Source of the DNA: the human T2T-CHM13v2.0 reference genome, Homo sapiens
Direction: 5' to 3' (one strand)
DNA length: 64,000 bases
NCBI RefSeq assembly: GCF_009914755.1
Contig: NC_060929.1
The notes beneath the pieces were generated by a model that ran no database searches, was not told the DNA's origin, and saw only the letters and a list, made by a program, of their open reading frames with translations. Of the stretch, positions 33,650 through 47,077 are shown piece after piece (position 1 is the stretch's first letter; every line of letters begins with the position of its first letter). Made by a program: the position numbers and the translations under genes.

Positions 33650-35490
33650 TGAGATTTTCTTTTTAAGCCAATAAAGCATTATAGATACAGTTGATGCTCC
33701 CTCATGTATATTTCCGGATCCTACTCCAACCCCATCCTGCTTCTTCATAGGTAGATAATACCTTGAATTTGTTGTTTACCATTTTTGGGCATGTTTTTTA
33801 TACCCTTCACTTTATAACATGTATCCATGTAAGTGATGATATTGCTTTGCATATTTTCAAACTACATAAATGGTATCATATTATATGTACGATATTTCAC
33901 CTTTTTTTTACTCATTATGTTTTGAGATAATCACCCTGATATATATGTGTATGTGTGTATAGATATGTATGCATCTATAGATAGCTTTGGCTTATTCTTT
34001 CTCACTGTTGTATGGTATTCCATTGTAAAAAAAAGTCTATCACATTTTTCTTCTTTTTCTATTGGAGGATATTTAAGTTGCTTCCAGTTTTTCATATTAT
34101 GAACAATGTTAAAATGAACAGACTTATAACTTAATCCTTATACAAGCCAGAGTTCCTTTAAGGTATATACCCCAGAGCAGAAGGCTGAGTAGAAGATGAC
34201 CATGCCCATCCTCTTTTACTTCATATTGCCAAACTACTCTTCAAGGTGACTATATAATTTTAAACTCCCACTAGTAGTGAATCAGACTTCCTGTTGCTCC
34301 TCTTTGTCACAATTATTATGGAAGTCTTATTTTTGCATCTAATAAATGTGAAAATGTATCATTTTAATCTGTAATTTATCTGATTATTGAGAGTGAGCAT
34401 CTATTCATATGTTAAATATGTTAACTGCCAATATGGTTTTTTATTCTGTGAACTGCTGGTTCATATTCTCTATCCACTTTTCTAAAATTCTTATCTTATT
34501 GGCCTATGGATATAATCTAGATACTAATCTTTGTTAGCTACATGCATTGCAAATCTTCCCTGGTCTTTTAATTTTGTTACTGGTGGTAACAAAATTTTTG
34601 TAGAATAGAACTTTAAAATTTTAATGCATTAAACCTTATCAGAGCAGGTGCAGTGGCTCACGCCTATAATCCTAGCCATTTAGGAGGCGAAGATGGGAGG
34701 ATTGCTTGAGGACAGGAGTTTGAGACCAGCCTGAGCAACACAGCGAGACCCTGTCTCTTAAAAAACACACAACAAGCATTAAATAACAACAACAACAAAA
34801 ACCATTCTGAATCATGGAAGACAACAAAACAAAACAAAACAAAATAAAACAAAAACAAAACCCCAAAAACAATTATCACTTAGTAATAAAACAAAACAAA
34901 AAAATTTATCAATCTTTTGTTATGTTTTTTGTGTCTTGTTCAAAAAAAAACAAATCCTTCAGTGTCCCCAGTGTTATACTACTATTAATATTCTCCTATA
35001 TTTCCTTCTAAAAGTTTTGCTTTTTCCATTTCGGTTTTTAATCTACCTAAAAAAAATGTGTGTGAGTATGTTCATATATTTTGAAGTAAGAATGAAGAAT
35101 TTTCCCATATAATTGTTAGATTATCGATTGTCTAAGTAGCATTTATTAACTAATCCATTCTTCGCCCTTTGATGTAAAAAATATCTCAGGTTTCCAGATA
35201 TGTAGATACATTTCTGGGTTCTCTCTATTCTGCTCCACTAGTCTATTTGTCTACATCTAAGCCATTATCTTCATTTGTATTTTTTGTAGCTTTCTAATAA
35301 GTCTTGTTGTCTATCTTGTGGACCAATCATTTTATGTTAGTCTTCTTAAAACTGTCTTAGCTATTCTTGGTTTTATTCTTTCACTTGAATTTCAGGGTCA
35401 TCTTCTCAGGTTCCCCAAAAATTTCTGCTGAGATTTTGGTTGGAATTGCACTGAATTTATAGATGAAATGTGACACTTACTGTTTAATAG
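33650..35490 (-). mobile_element. Old L1ME-like element, antisense, with FLAM insert
   Basis: Degenerate antisense L1 phrases (ctgagattttggttggaattgcactgaatttatagat). Confidence 0.7.
34643..34775 (+). mobile_element. FLAM/AluJ monomer with A-rich tail
   Basis: ggtgcagtggctcacgcctataatcctagc...gagaccctgtctct. Confidence 0.88.
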
Positions 35491-38400
35491 TTTAAAACAA
35501 ATAAAATGGAAAGATATACTTAAAAGACTGGCAAGAAACACACTAAAAACAAGTGATTTTTCCTTTATAAGTATTTTTTTTAAAAAAAGAATATGTAATT
35601 ACTTTTTCCATAAACAAGAAATGATTTTAAAAATATGAAAAAAATGTATATTTCATTCTAACCTGCAAGGCTGCACAGCAGCCCAGTTTTCTATATAAGA
35701 ATCAGCTCTACAAATAGAAACTCTTGCACAGCTTCTAAAAAAACCAATAAAATAAAAGTGGGGAATGCTGACAACATTAAACAACTTTAGCCATTCTGAG
35801 CTGCTCTTGTGCATGCCAGATATCAAAACTAAAATCTCTGGAAGCAGTTCCACAATTTCTATTTCAATTGCTTACATGCTCCCAGCCCACAGAACAGACC
35901 TCTCTTTTTGTGTCTAATCTGTATTTTGATTATTGATTCAATAACATCTTATCAGAGATCAGTTATGGTGCAGTTTTTTCCTAACTGGGAATCATTTTCT
36001 TGAGGCTTCTTCTCCCTTCTTCACAGATAGTAAGCAGATCTGTTGCCCCCTTCTGGTTTGTGGCTGTAAGCTTAGCAATACGGGTACACGTATGACAGAT
36101 TTGATTTGCTGTCTTTTAGGGTCAGGAAGCTTCCCCCAAAATGTGATATCCTTTCTAAATGTGTGTTGAACTACTAGTGTTCCTAAGCATCTACTTCTCC
36201 ACATTCCTGAGCCTTGATGGCCCTTACACCTTGATGCCCTTGGGGCAGGGGTGGTGCGGATGGTTAGGGAAACCTAAACCAGAAATCAAATACATTTTCC
36301 CATAAGAGAGAAGTATGGGAAATAAATACTCCTTGCTTCTCCCGATGTTACAATCTAGTATAGTCAACATTAAAGCTAAATTTTATTGAGCACTGACCTT
36401 CTTTGTCCCAAGACTGTTCTAAGGGCATTATAACGTTATCAATTTCTTGGAGTCTCATAAATACCCTAAAGCACAGGCACTATTTTAACACTCATTTTAT
36501 GAGGGAGGAAATGGATGGCACATTCGACATTCAAATCCAGGCACTCTGGCTCAAGTCCATACTCTTGTCTACTATACTATACTGTGTCTCAGGTAAAGAG
36601 AAAGAAAGAAATATTTTTGACAGAAGACAAAACAAAATAAGTAAGCACCCCTGAATAGGTAAAACAAAATTTTATAGATGGGTCAGAGAGATCACATTCA
36701 ACCGTGAAAATCAGGGTAAGTTTATGAGTGTAGCAGAATTTGGGACAGGCCTTAAAACACAGGCTGTATTCTGTTAGAAAGAGACAGTGGGGAGGGAAGA
36801 GCATAGGCAAGATATGAAAGTAGAAGGCACATTCAGAGAACAGTAGTCCATTCCAACTGGAGTCTGAAAGCACTGTGTAAGTGTGTAAGTCTGTTATTAC
36901 CTGCTATTATTCAGCAAATGGAGGACTATACTAATCTATACGTATGAGATGCACAAAGTTCTCACTTGAACACATAATTTCAGTGTTTGACTTATCAAAA
37001 CTCTGCCAAGATTTTTACCAATGAAGACTAATGATTGAGTTTCACCTCTTGGTAGTGTCCATCACTGAACTATGTAACAGCCAGTGCATAATGAATACAC
37101 TGTTCATGTGCTGTAATGATCTGGTGTTGGAAGACCTAGTTTTAAGTCCCAGCTTTGCCTATTACTAGGTATAAAATGGTGATACTATTTGTCTTAAAAT
37201 CAGCATTGCTATTAAAAAAACAGAATAGACCTCAAAATGTAAAATCTGCCTGTTCAAAACAAACATACCTGGAAATCTATCATGAAAATGAAAGCAGCCT
37301 AGACCACTAAACAGAATTCACATCAAATACTTCTAGCTCCTCAGATGTCCTCTTGCCTAGACACACAGCATCTGGAAATACTCAGGAATTTATTTGCCTT
37401 TGGCCTCAAAAACCATGATGCAATCAACTGAAACTTCTGTTCCCATAAATCTCTCCTTGAAGCTTCTGTTTATCTACTCAGCTCTCCCTTAAATATTATA
37501 CCAGTTTCTGAAACGATCTCTTAATTATTTTCAAATCAAACTGCGTTACACTTAAAACCCTACTGAAGTAGGGTTTATATAATAAATATAAAACTATATT
37601 TTAGTTATGCCTTTCTCATTGCCCTGTAGCTATAATTCCTGGTACCTTAATTTGACTTTACAATTATAAAAATAGGCAGGAGAAATATTTTTCAATAAAA
37701 GGGGTTTATACTGTAGAAAAAAAAGAACTTGGATACATATTCTTATGTGAAATTTTAGGAGTTTAAGGTTTAATTTACAAATGGTTCTGTAGCTATTAGA
37801 ACAGATTTACTTTAGCCTTCTCCTTTTAAATCTCATGTATATACAAGGCATCAAAAACATGTGGTTTGTGGGCCTTGCAGGAAAAAGGCAAGTACATATG
37901 TATAAAAATTAGTTACCTAGAGGATAAATAAGAGTGGATACCCAACTTCTCATACCACAAAATTTACTAAATATATTCACAAACAAGATAGTAAATGAAG
38001 TCTGTCACCTAAATCCAGAAGAGAATAAGAGATCTTCTACCCTTTCTGTTGTTTACTTTTACATCTATTAGTTTTTCTCTTGATATTCATAGTTAAGGCG
38101 GCTGGAACTTCAATTTTAAAGTGAATAAAATTCTGCGTGAGAAACTAAACAAAAAGCCAGAGCTACATGCTTTCAAAGTCTGAGGCATCTGGTGATAAAA
38201 TCTTATCAGTGACATTAAGAAACATTATGTTTTAGCTATGGGAAGTGCCTTGGGAGGCATCCAAGATGATCTGCTCATCTAGAAAGCTGATGTCCAGAGA
38301 GTTCACTAACTAGTTCAAAGCTACAGATCAAAGTGGGGACTAAACTGGTCCTAAGACCCCAGTCACCTCTTTCTTCCCATCCTGACTCCTTCAGGGTCTT

Positions 38401-39297
38401 TTTAGTACCTCCCCCACAAGATAATACATTTTCATTGTTGAATTTCTTTTTATGTTAATTTTTTTCTAGGTTTAATTAATTCTATGTCACACTGTTAGGA
38501 GGTTTCAAAATGTTCATTGAGTCTGTATCTTTTGGTATATTACTGAAACTGCTTAGGAAAAAAAACTGACACAAAGAGATACACTGGGCTAGCTGATGAG
38601 CTTCTGAACTTGAAGTCAGGCCTCATCCACAGCTGGAGCTTGGACTTGTCACATGGCTCCAAGGGACTCACTTAGTCTATCCAGGTTGCAATTTCAGATT
38701 CCGGAAGTTGGCAGGACTTCAGAGGTCATCTGGTCTAAAATTTTCCAACTAGTGCCAATACACCAGGAAGACCCAATGGGTATGTTTTGGCAATTGTTCT
38801 TTCTCCAAAGGTCTGTGGCCAGTTCCTGTCAAACAGTCCAAGTATGGTCAAGTAGGCAAGATATGATCCAGCAAGCTTAGAAAGAAATGTGTACGTACAA
38901 AAAAAAAAGGCAAAAGAAAAACTCACCCTCTTGCTGCCTTCTAAATCTGCTTCCAATTCAATACTTCTATCATGTACAAGCCACTTTCCCACTGAGGTTC
39001 AATTTTCAGTTCATTTTTGACTCTCCTTGTTTTCTGTCTCTACATTCAACCTGCCATTAATCCTGCTGATCCAATTTTTTCCCTCCTATGTACATTTCTC
39101 TCTTTATTTCCACTGTCTACTACCACAGGACAGGTCTTTTTTCTCTATATGCATAGACAATTTCCTTATAACATTTACCAATTTTAATAAAAAATTTACC
39201 CTGTTATAAATCTTTCTGAAATACTTTTATTATGATATATACTTCTTAAGAATCTGCAGATGACTATCTTGAGGATCTTTTAAAAAATATTTTTTCA

Positions 39298-39612
<315 letters not shown>

Positions 39613-39689
39613 TTTGGTTAATTTCCTTCTGTGTGTGTGTGTGAGAGAGAGAGATGGAAAAAGAGAAGGGGGGAGGGAAGGGAAGGGAA

Positions 39690-40260
39690 GAAATGAAAAA
39701 TATGTATTTTTTGAATAAGTAATATACACCCATGATATAAAATTCAAAAGTTACAAGAGACAATTCAATGAGAAGTCATCCAGGTTTCTTCCCTAAAAGA
39801 AACCAATGTTACCAGTTTTTGTGTGTATCATTCCAGAGATATTTTATGTACACACATACATATATACACATAAGCATCAAAGCACATGTATACATATTAC
39901 ACATAAACCACAGTGGCTACATCACACACTAAGTCCTACTCTTGTTTTTTTCACTTAATACATTTCACAATTTATTCAATAGGAAATACAAATAAAGCTT
40001 CCTCATTCTTTTCAATCACTGCACAGTATTCCACTGTACAGCTGTAGAATAATTAAACAGGCTTCTATTGATGGACGTAATCTTTTACTTTTTGCAATGG
40101 ACATTTTTGGCATGAATATGAGTGTATCAGGAGGTTAAATTCCTAGAGGTGGAATTATTGGGCCAGAGGGTATTGTACTTATAATTTTGACAGATGCTGC
40201 CAAAGTTCTATCTATACAAGTTGTACCGATTTATATATCCACTAGCAATGTATGATAATG
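39690..40260 (-). mobile_element. Old L1ME fragment
   Basis: aaattcctagaggtggaattattgggccagagggta...ttttgacagatgctgccaaa. Confidence 0.6.
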
Positions 40261-40673
40261 ACAGATTTTGAACCCTCCCTTCTCTCCTGCCAACATTCTA
40301 TTCCCTCTCTAATCTGCCTTCCTTATTTCTCATTATTCCCCAACAAACCCTGATCTCTCTGGTTAAGGCAGTTTCCATAAAGCTAGTTCTCACTTCCTCC
40401 TTCTAACTCCAGCTGTACGATTTGTTCCATCTTGAACACTTGCTCCTGTTTCCTCTACTCATCTAACCTTCAAGGCTATCTTAAGTTCTACCTCTTTTAT
40501 AAATGTTTGCTGATAACAACATCAATCCTTCTTCTAGCCTGCTCAAAACATGTTTTCTCTAAAACTTACATTTTGTTACATAAATTCAGTAAATTTATCT
40601 ACTTATCATATCCTGGATTTGTGTTGATTTTGAATTGTTTCACGTATCTAATGATCTTCAACCATCTAATAAT

Positions 40674-40990
40674 CTTTTTTTGGGAGGGGGACAGGGTCTT
40701 GCTCTAGTACTCAGGCTGGAGTGCAGTGGCTCGATCATAGCTCATTGTAGCCTTGAACTTCTGGAATCAGCCTCCTAAGTAGTTAGGACAACAAGGCCCA
40801 GCCTTAGCTTCCTGAGTTGCTAGGACTATAGGCACACACCACCATGACCAGCTAATCTTTAAAAACATTTTTGTAGAAACGGAGTCTCACTATGTTGCTC
40901 AGGCTGATCTCAAACTCCTGACTTCAAGGGATCTTTCCACCTCAGTCAACCAAAGTGTTGAGATTACAGGCATGAGCCACTGCACCTAGT
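40674..40990 (-). mobile_element. AluJ with a short internal duplication
   Basis: Antisense Alu; agcctcctaagtagttaggac and agcttcctgagttgctaggac repeated. Confidence 0.9.
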
Positions 40991-41772
40991 TGTAATATTT
41001 TTTTATTGTTGGGATTATATAATATCCTTCCTTTGAATATACCACAGTTTTAGTGCATTAAAAAATACTCTCAAAGCCTCTACTGGCTTTAAAATTTCCC
41101 GTATAAACAGAGCTGAAAATCATTTGTCTTACAGACACGAATCCGTCCTCATTTATTTCCATCTCAAATCCTGTTAGGGCAGTTTAAATTTTCCCGCAAT
41201 GGAAAAAGAATGACTTTTGCAAAATCAGTCTCTTCCCTCATATTCCTTATAATCTTCTTTGTTAGTTCCTAAATATATACTATACATTCAATATGTATTT
41301 CTTGAATTGATATTGTTCCTAATGTCTCTATATTAATAATGCATGTGCGTGTGTGTATATACCTAAATATGTATGTGTGTATACACACACACATATACAA
41401 GAGGTGATTCTAAAATTGATACGGAATGGAAAGGACCGACACTAGCCAAAATAATTTTGAAAAAGAACATGCAAAAGTTGAAGGGCTTACACTACCTAAT
41501 TTTAAGACTTATTTAAAAACTACAGTCATCAAGACAGAGTAGTATTGGCATTAAAATAGATAATAGAACAGAGATCAATGGAACAAAGAAGTCCAGAAAT
41601 AGACTCACACAAATATAAACTAATTATCAACAAAGGTACAAAGGCAATTTAAAAATAGCCTTTTCAACAAGTGGTGCTGACACAATTAGGCATTCTTATG
41701 TCAAAAAATTAGCTTTGATCTTTACCTTATAACATACACACAAAAAAAAATTCAAAATCATAAATCTGTAGG

Positions 41773-42019
41773 GAAAGAAAGTATTTTGCTCAACCGTTTT
41801 TAAAATTAACATGGGATATAAAAATTCTTTTAAACAAATATAAAAAATAAATGCAGTCTTTTTATGCCCACTGAATAGACCTTTCCTGTCAGCTGCTGTT
41901 AGCTGAGCTGTCCTCTTACCTCTCTTTTCTGTGTCACAGAACCTTTGCTGCTACTGCTGGGAAATAGTATGGCTTTTCACCTCAACAAGCACTGGGTGAT
42001 GGTGATACCAAAATAAAGC
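41773..42019 (+). repeat. Dispersed duplicate of 45911-46156
   Basis: About 245-bp co-linear match in the same orientation. Confidence 0.95.
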
Positions 42020-42119
42020 CGATCATAGACCTAATTATAAAACCTAAAACTACAAAACTTCTAAAACAAAATCTAGAAGAAGAATCCGTGTGGTGCTGGG
42101 TTAAGCAGATTCCTTAGAT

Positions 42120-42448
42120 ATGGGGTCTCCAACCCCCAGGCTGTGGATTGGTACCAGTCTGTTAGGAACTGGGCGGCACAGTAGGAGGTGAGCAGTGGGT
42201 GGGTGAGCATTACCGCCTGAGCTCCACCTCCTGTCAGATCAGTGGTGGTATTAGATTCTCATAGGAGCAGGAACCCTCCCTTTGCAAGGGATCTAGGTTG
42301 CATGCTCCTTATGAGAATCTAACTAATGCCTGATGATCTGAGATGGAACAGTTTCATCCCCAAACCATCCCCAACACCAACCCCCAGCTGTGGAAAAACT
42401 GTCTTCCACAAAACCAGTCCCTGGTGCCAAAAAGGTTGGTGACCCCTA
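42120..42448 (+). mobile_element. MER1B-like hAT transposon
   Basis: ggggtctccaaccccc...aaaaggttggtgacccct; 8-bp TSD ccttagat/ccttagag. Confidence 0.88.
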
Positions 42449-42852
<404 letters not shown>

Positions 42853-43249
42853 TTACCAAAGGAAATATCATTACTCATTGGGCAAATAATTAAAGCCACA
42901 ATAAGATACCACTAAACACATGTTGGTATGGCTAAATGTGTTGGCACAAATGTGGAGGAAGCGGAACTGCTGTTGGGACTATAAATGGTATAATCACTTC
43001 AGAAAACAATTTGGTAGTTTCTTAAAAAGTTAAACATTTACTTACCATATGCTCCAATCATTCTACCCCTAGCTATTTATCCCACAGAAATGAAAGCACG
43101 CATCTATACAAAGACTTGTGCATGGATGTCTGCAGCAGCACATACTCCTAGGGACTCAGGACTGGAGTCTGCAGAGGTACATAGTTAGCACACCAGAGGA
43201 ATAAAATGGAATAACCATCTAAGGTATGAGATCATTCTGGGAAAGCTAG

Positions 43250-43677
<428 letters not shown>

Positions 43678-44594
43678 ATGGAGGCCAAGAATTCTAATCC
43701 TTATCACAAAGCTCCCATGATCTCTGGCAATGCATGCACTATGACCAACGATCTGCTATTTTCCAGTACAGAGCTATTAACAATAATAAGCAATCTCCCA
43801 GGCCTGTGGTAAGGATCAGCAAATAAGAACTAAATAAAGAACTAGGCAATATTAAAGTATAGAAGTGCTACTAAAAAATGCTCTCAGACTCATTTCTCTC
43901 CCCTTGGGTTCTTACTCTTTTCTTAATAATGTTCAGGCATAATGCGACCTGGCAATATGCTAACAGAAAAATTTAAGATTACCTTTTATTGCTGTGAAAC
44001 ACAAAGTCTCTACGCCCTCAAAGGAAAATTACTGCTGCGTAAACGAATGCATGCTGTTCCCTCTTAATAATCCCTCTTAATAAACTCCCACCTTCCCCTT
44101 TTCCTACAGGCAGAAATGGATTTTTACAACATAGGCCTGGGGTGGTGCTATAGCCTTCCAAGGAACCATTGGGTATTTTTGCTTCATGAAAAATGAAGCT
44201 ATTTTGGTCCTTCCTTTTTAGGCTGGCTGCCAACCCAGGACCTGGAGACATGCAGGCTGCCATCTGCCTTGGCCCAGCTGTTCCTGACCTGCTATCCATC
44301 TCCAACCAGGGATACCTGGGATCTGCCAGGTTGGCTAAGCAAATAGTGAAAGATACTTGAGACCCACGTACAGCATGGATGAATGTGTTGGCAGTACACA
44401 GCTTGCCACGCAATCTGAACTTCCTTTCTTACTGGGTGGCATGCCACTCTCCATAGCAACACTGAGAGCTGTATTCTGAGAAAAACTCATCTTCCACTGA
44501 GCTTTGCAACAGTCTTTTCTTATTGTATAACAATTCAGCATTCCCTACATGTTTGCTAAAAACTAAAAGGCTGCTTTAAAAGAATGCTATATTC

Positions 44595-44881
44595 TTTTTT
44601 TTTTTTGAGACAGGGGTCTCACTCTGTCACCTACGCTGGAGTACAGTGGTATGACCTCGGTTCACTGCAGCCTCGACCTCCCAAGCTCAGGTGATCTTCC
44701 CACCTCAGTCTCCCAGGTAGTTGGGACTACAGGTGTGCACCACCACACCCGGCTAATTTTTTGTATCTTTTTATAGAGATAAGGTTTGTTATGTTGCCCA
44801 GGCTGGTATTAAACCCCTGTGCTCAAGCAATCCGTCTGCCCCAAGTGCTGGGATTACAGGCATGAGCCGCTGTGCCTGGCC
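44595..44881 (-). mobile_element. AluJ
   Basis: Antisense diverged Alu. Confidence 0.92.
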
Positions 44882-46483
44882 TAAAAAAAAATTTACATCC
44901 TTAATATAAGGAGTATATGTTATATATGTTAGAAATTTCTATGACTTATCCTTCAGGAATGACTGTTACGTTGCAGATCAAATTATCAGTTCTGATTATT
45001 GACACCCGGATAGTAGAAGGAGCAAGTTTAATTTCATACATCTCTAAACTACCATGGTCCCAACATGATTCGAAGGCCTATGTAAGCCTTTAAAAATGCA
45101 ATTTGCAAATATCCTCAGTGAAGATGAGGACACTAAGTGGAAAGAGGAAATTTTTATGGCTTGAGTTTGCATTTTAGCAATGCAGTAATCAAATACTAAC
45201 ACAAGAATGGTTAAAGCTTGTCATAACCATGAAAATAATGGTTTTTGCCAATGGCACAATTTTACCAGTAACATGCTGTTTTATCTCCTGAAAATAGAGA
45301 CATAGAGCCCGCCCCAAGGTTCACTTGTCTGCATTTGGGCAGTATACATTGGGCATGTGGACTTGGAGGTTATGGGGGGAAAGCTCAGAACTACAGACTA
45401 GGTGGCCCAGGAAAGATGCTCTCTACAAGATGAAAAAGGAAAAAGTTCCCATTGTATAAAACTCTACATACACTCACCATAACTGACTCCAGGCAGACAG
45501 ATCCCTTTTAAAAGGGGATCTCTTATAGAGGAACAGCTAAGCCTGGTCTCTCTGGAATTTCTTCTGCCTTAGTTTCCTATAAAGAAATTGTAGCCCCATC
45601 TGCGATCCTTAACAATAAACCTTGCACTGAGACAGCACTGCATTGTTTTTATAGCATTGCCCCACTGCTCACATCTGATCCTTGTGGTTTCTCTCTCAGG
45701 ACAGGCAGTGGCTTATACTTAAGTCTCTATGTTGGGTGTGCTCAGCCAATCTCTATGTTTTAGTCTCTGCATCAGTAAAATAAAGATGCAAATCTAATTC
45801 TTAGGAATGCTCTAAGTTTATAGTAAAGCAAAGGTAGGAACCCTTTTCTCTTCCAAATATTAACAAGAGGGCGTGTGGATAGGAAGTAGAAATTAATCCT
45901 TTGCCCAGAAAAAGAAAGTATTTTGCCTAACTGTTTTTAAAATTAACATGGGATATAAAAATTCTTTTAAACAAATATAAAAAATAAATGCAGTCTTTTT
46001 ATGCCCACTGAACAGACATTTCCTGTCAGCAGCTGTTAGCTGAGCTGTTCTGTTACCTCTCTTTTCTGCGTCACAGAACCTTTGCTGCTACCACTGGGAA
46101 AGAGCATGACTTCTTACCTCACCAAGGACTGGGTGATGGTGATATCAAAATAAAGCGGAAATGCTCCTGTCTAGCACCCTGCCAGCGCTGGTCTCCTGAC
46201 AGGTAGCATCTCAGGGCCTGTCCAAATCTTCTCACTCCTCACCACACCTTTTTTCCGGTGCTGTAGGGAAACTTGGGAGACTGGCTGTATCTAAATTTTC
46301 ATTGTGAAGACAGAAAACCCATCAATTATATGCTTGTCTTACTTGGTAAGGTCTAAACTAAGAAAGTCTTCTTTGTAAGAAGAGAAAACAAAGACCCAGA
46401 GTATTTAAAACCCAAAAAACCTAAGGGAAGAAATAAAAATAAGTCTAAGCAAAAGAACCTATTTTTCAAACAAGATCTCACAG

Positions 46484-47077
46484 CAGGGTTCCTAACAATT
46501 TTTTGTCTTGAACCCTCTGGCAGTCTGATGAAGGCTTCTCAGAATTAGTTTCTTACAACAGAAACCAATTATATTGAAATACAATTATCAAGATATTAAG
46601 AAATCTTTGGGATATGGTAACATATGTGCTGCTTTATTAATGCATGAAATAACACTAGCTAGCGGTAGGTTTAATTACTAACATAATTTCTAAGCAGTGA
46701 TATCTGTAACAAATGTAATGTGATATGAAAAAATCAATGATTTTTATTGGCAAGAAAGACACAGATGCTGTTAATATTATAGTCATCTGCTGCCTACATT
46801 CATAAATGAAAGAAATGCTAAATATTATTGAGGTTAGTGAAAATAAAAATATAATTTTATTCTTATGCAAGTTCACAGTCCTCTCTGAATTTTCTCTGTA
46901 GACACCGATAAGGCAGCTGGAGGCACAGTTTCTCTGGCAGAAACAGAAGCAAAAGCAAATGGCCTGTGGCAGCATGGTCTGGCCTATCTCCAGACCTATT
47001 CTTCCCCCAAGCCACGCCCTAGAGGGCCTATAAGAAACTAGCTCCAGGGCTTCTCAGAAGACAGCTTGAAAACCACT
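46484..47077. mobile_element. hAT-Charlie DNA transposon(s) (MER119-like plus fragment)
   Basis: cagggttcctaacaatttttt...ctctggcagtctgatgaag; ends cttgaaaaccact. Confidence 0.6.

Noticed and set aside
46620-46640. atgtgctgct resembling a miR-15/16 complement
   Set aside because: Only a seed-length match inside a DNA transposon, with no precursor hairpin.
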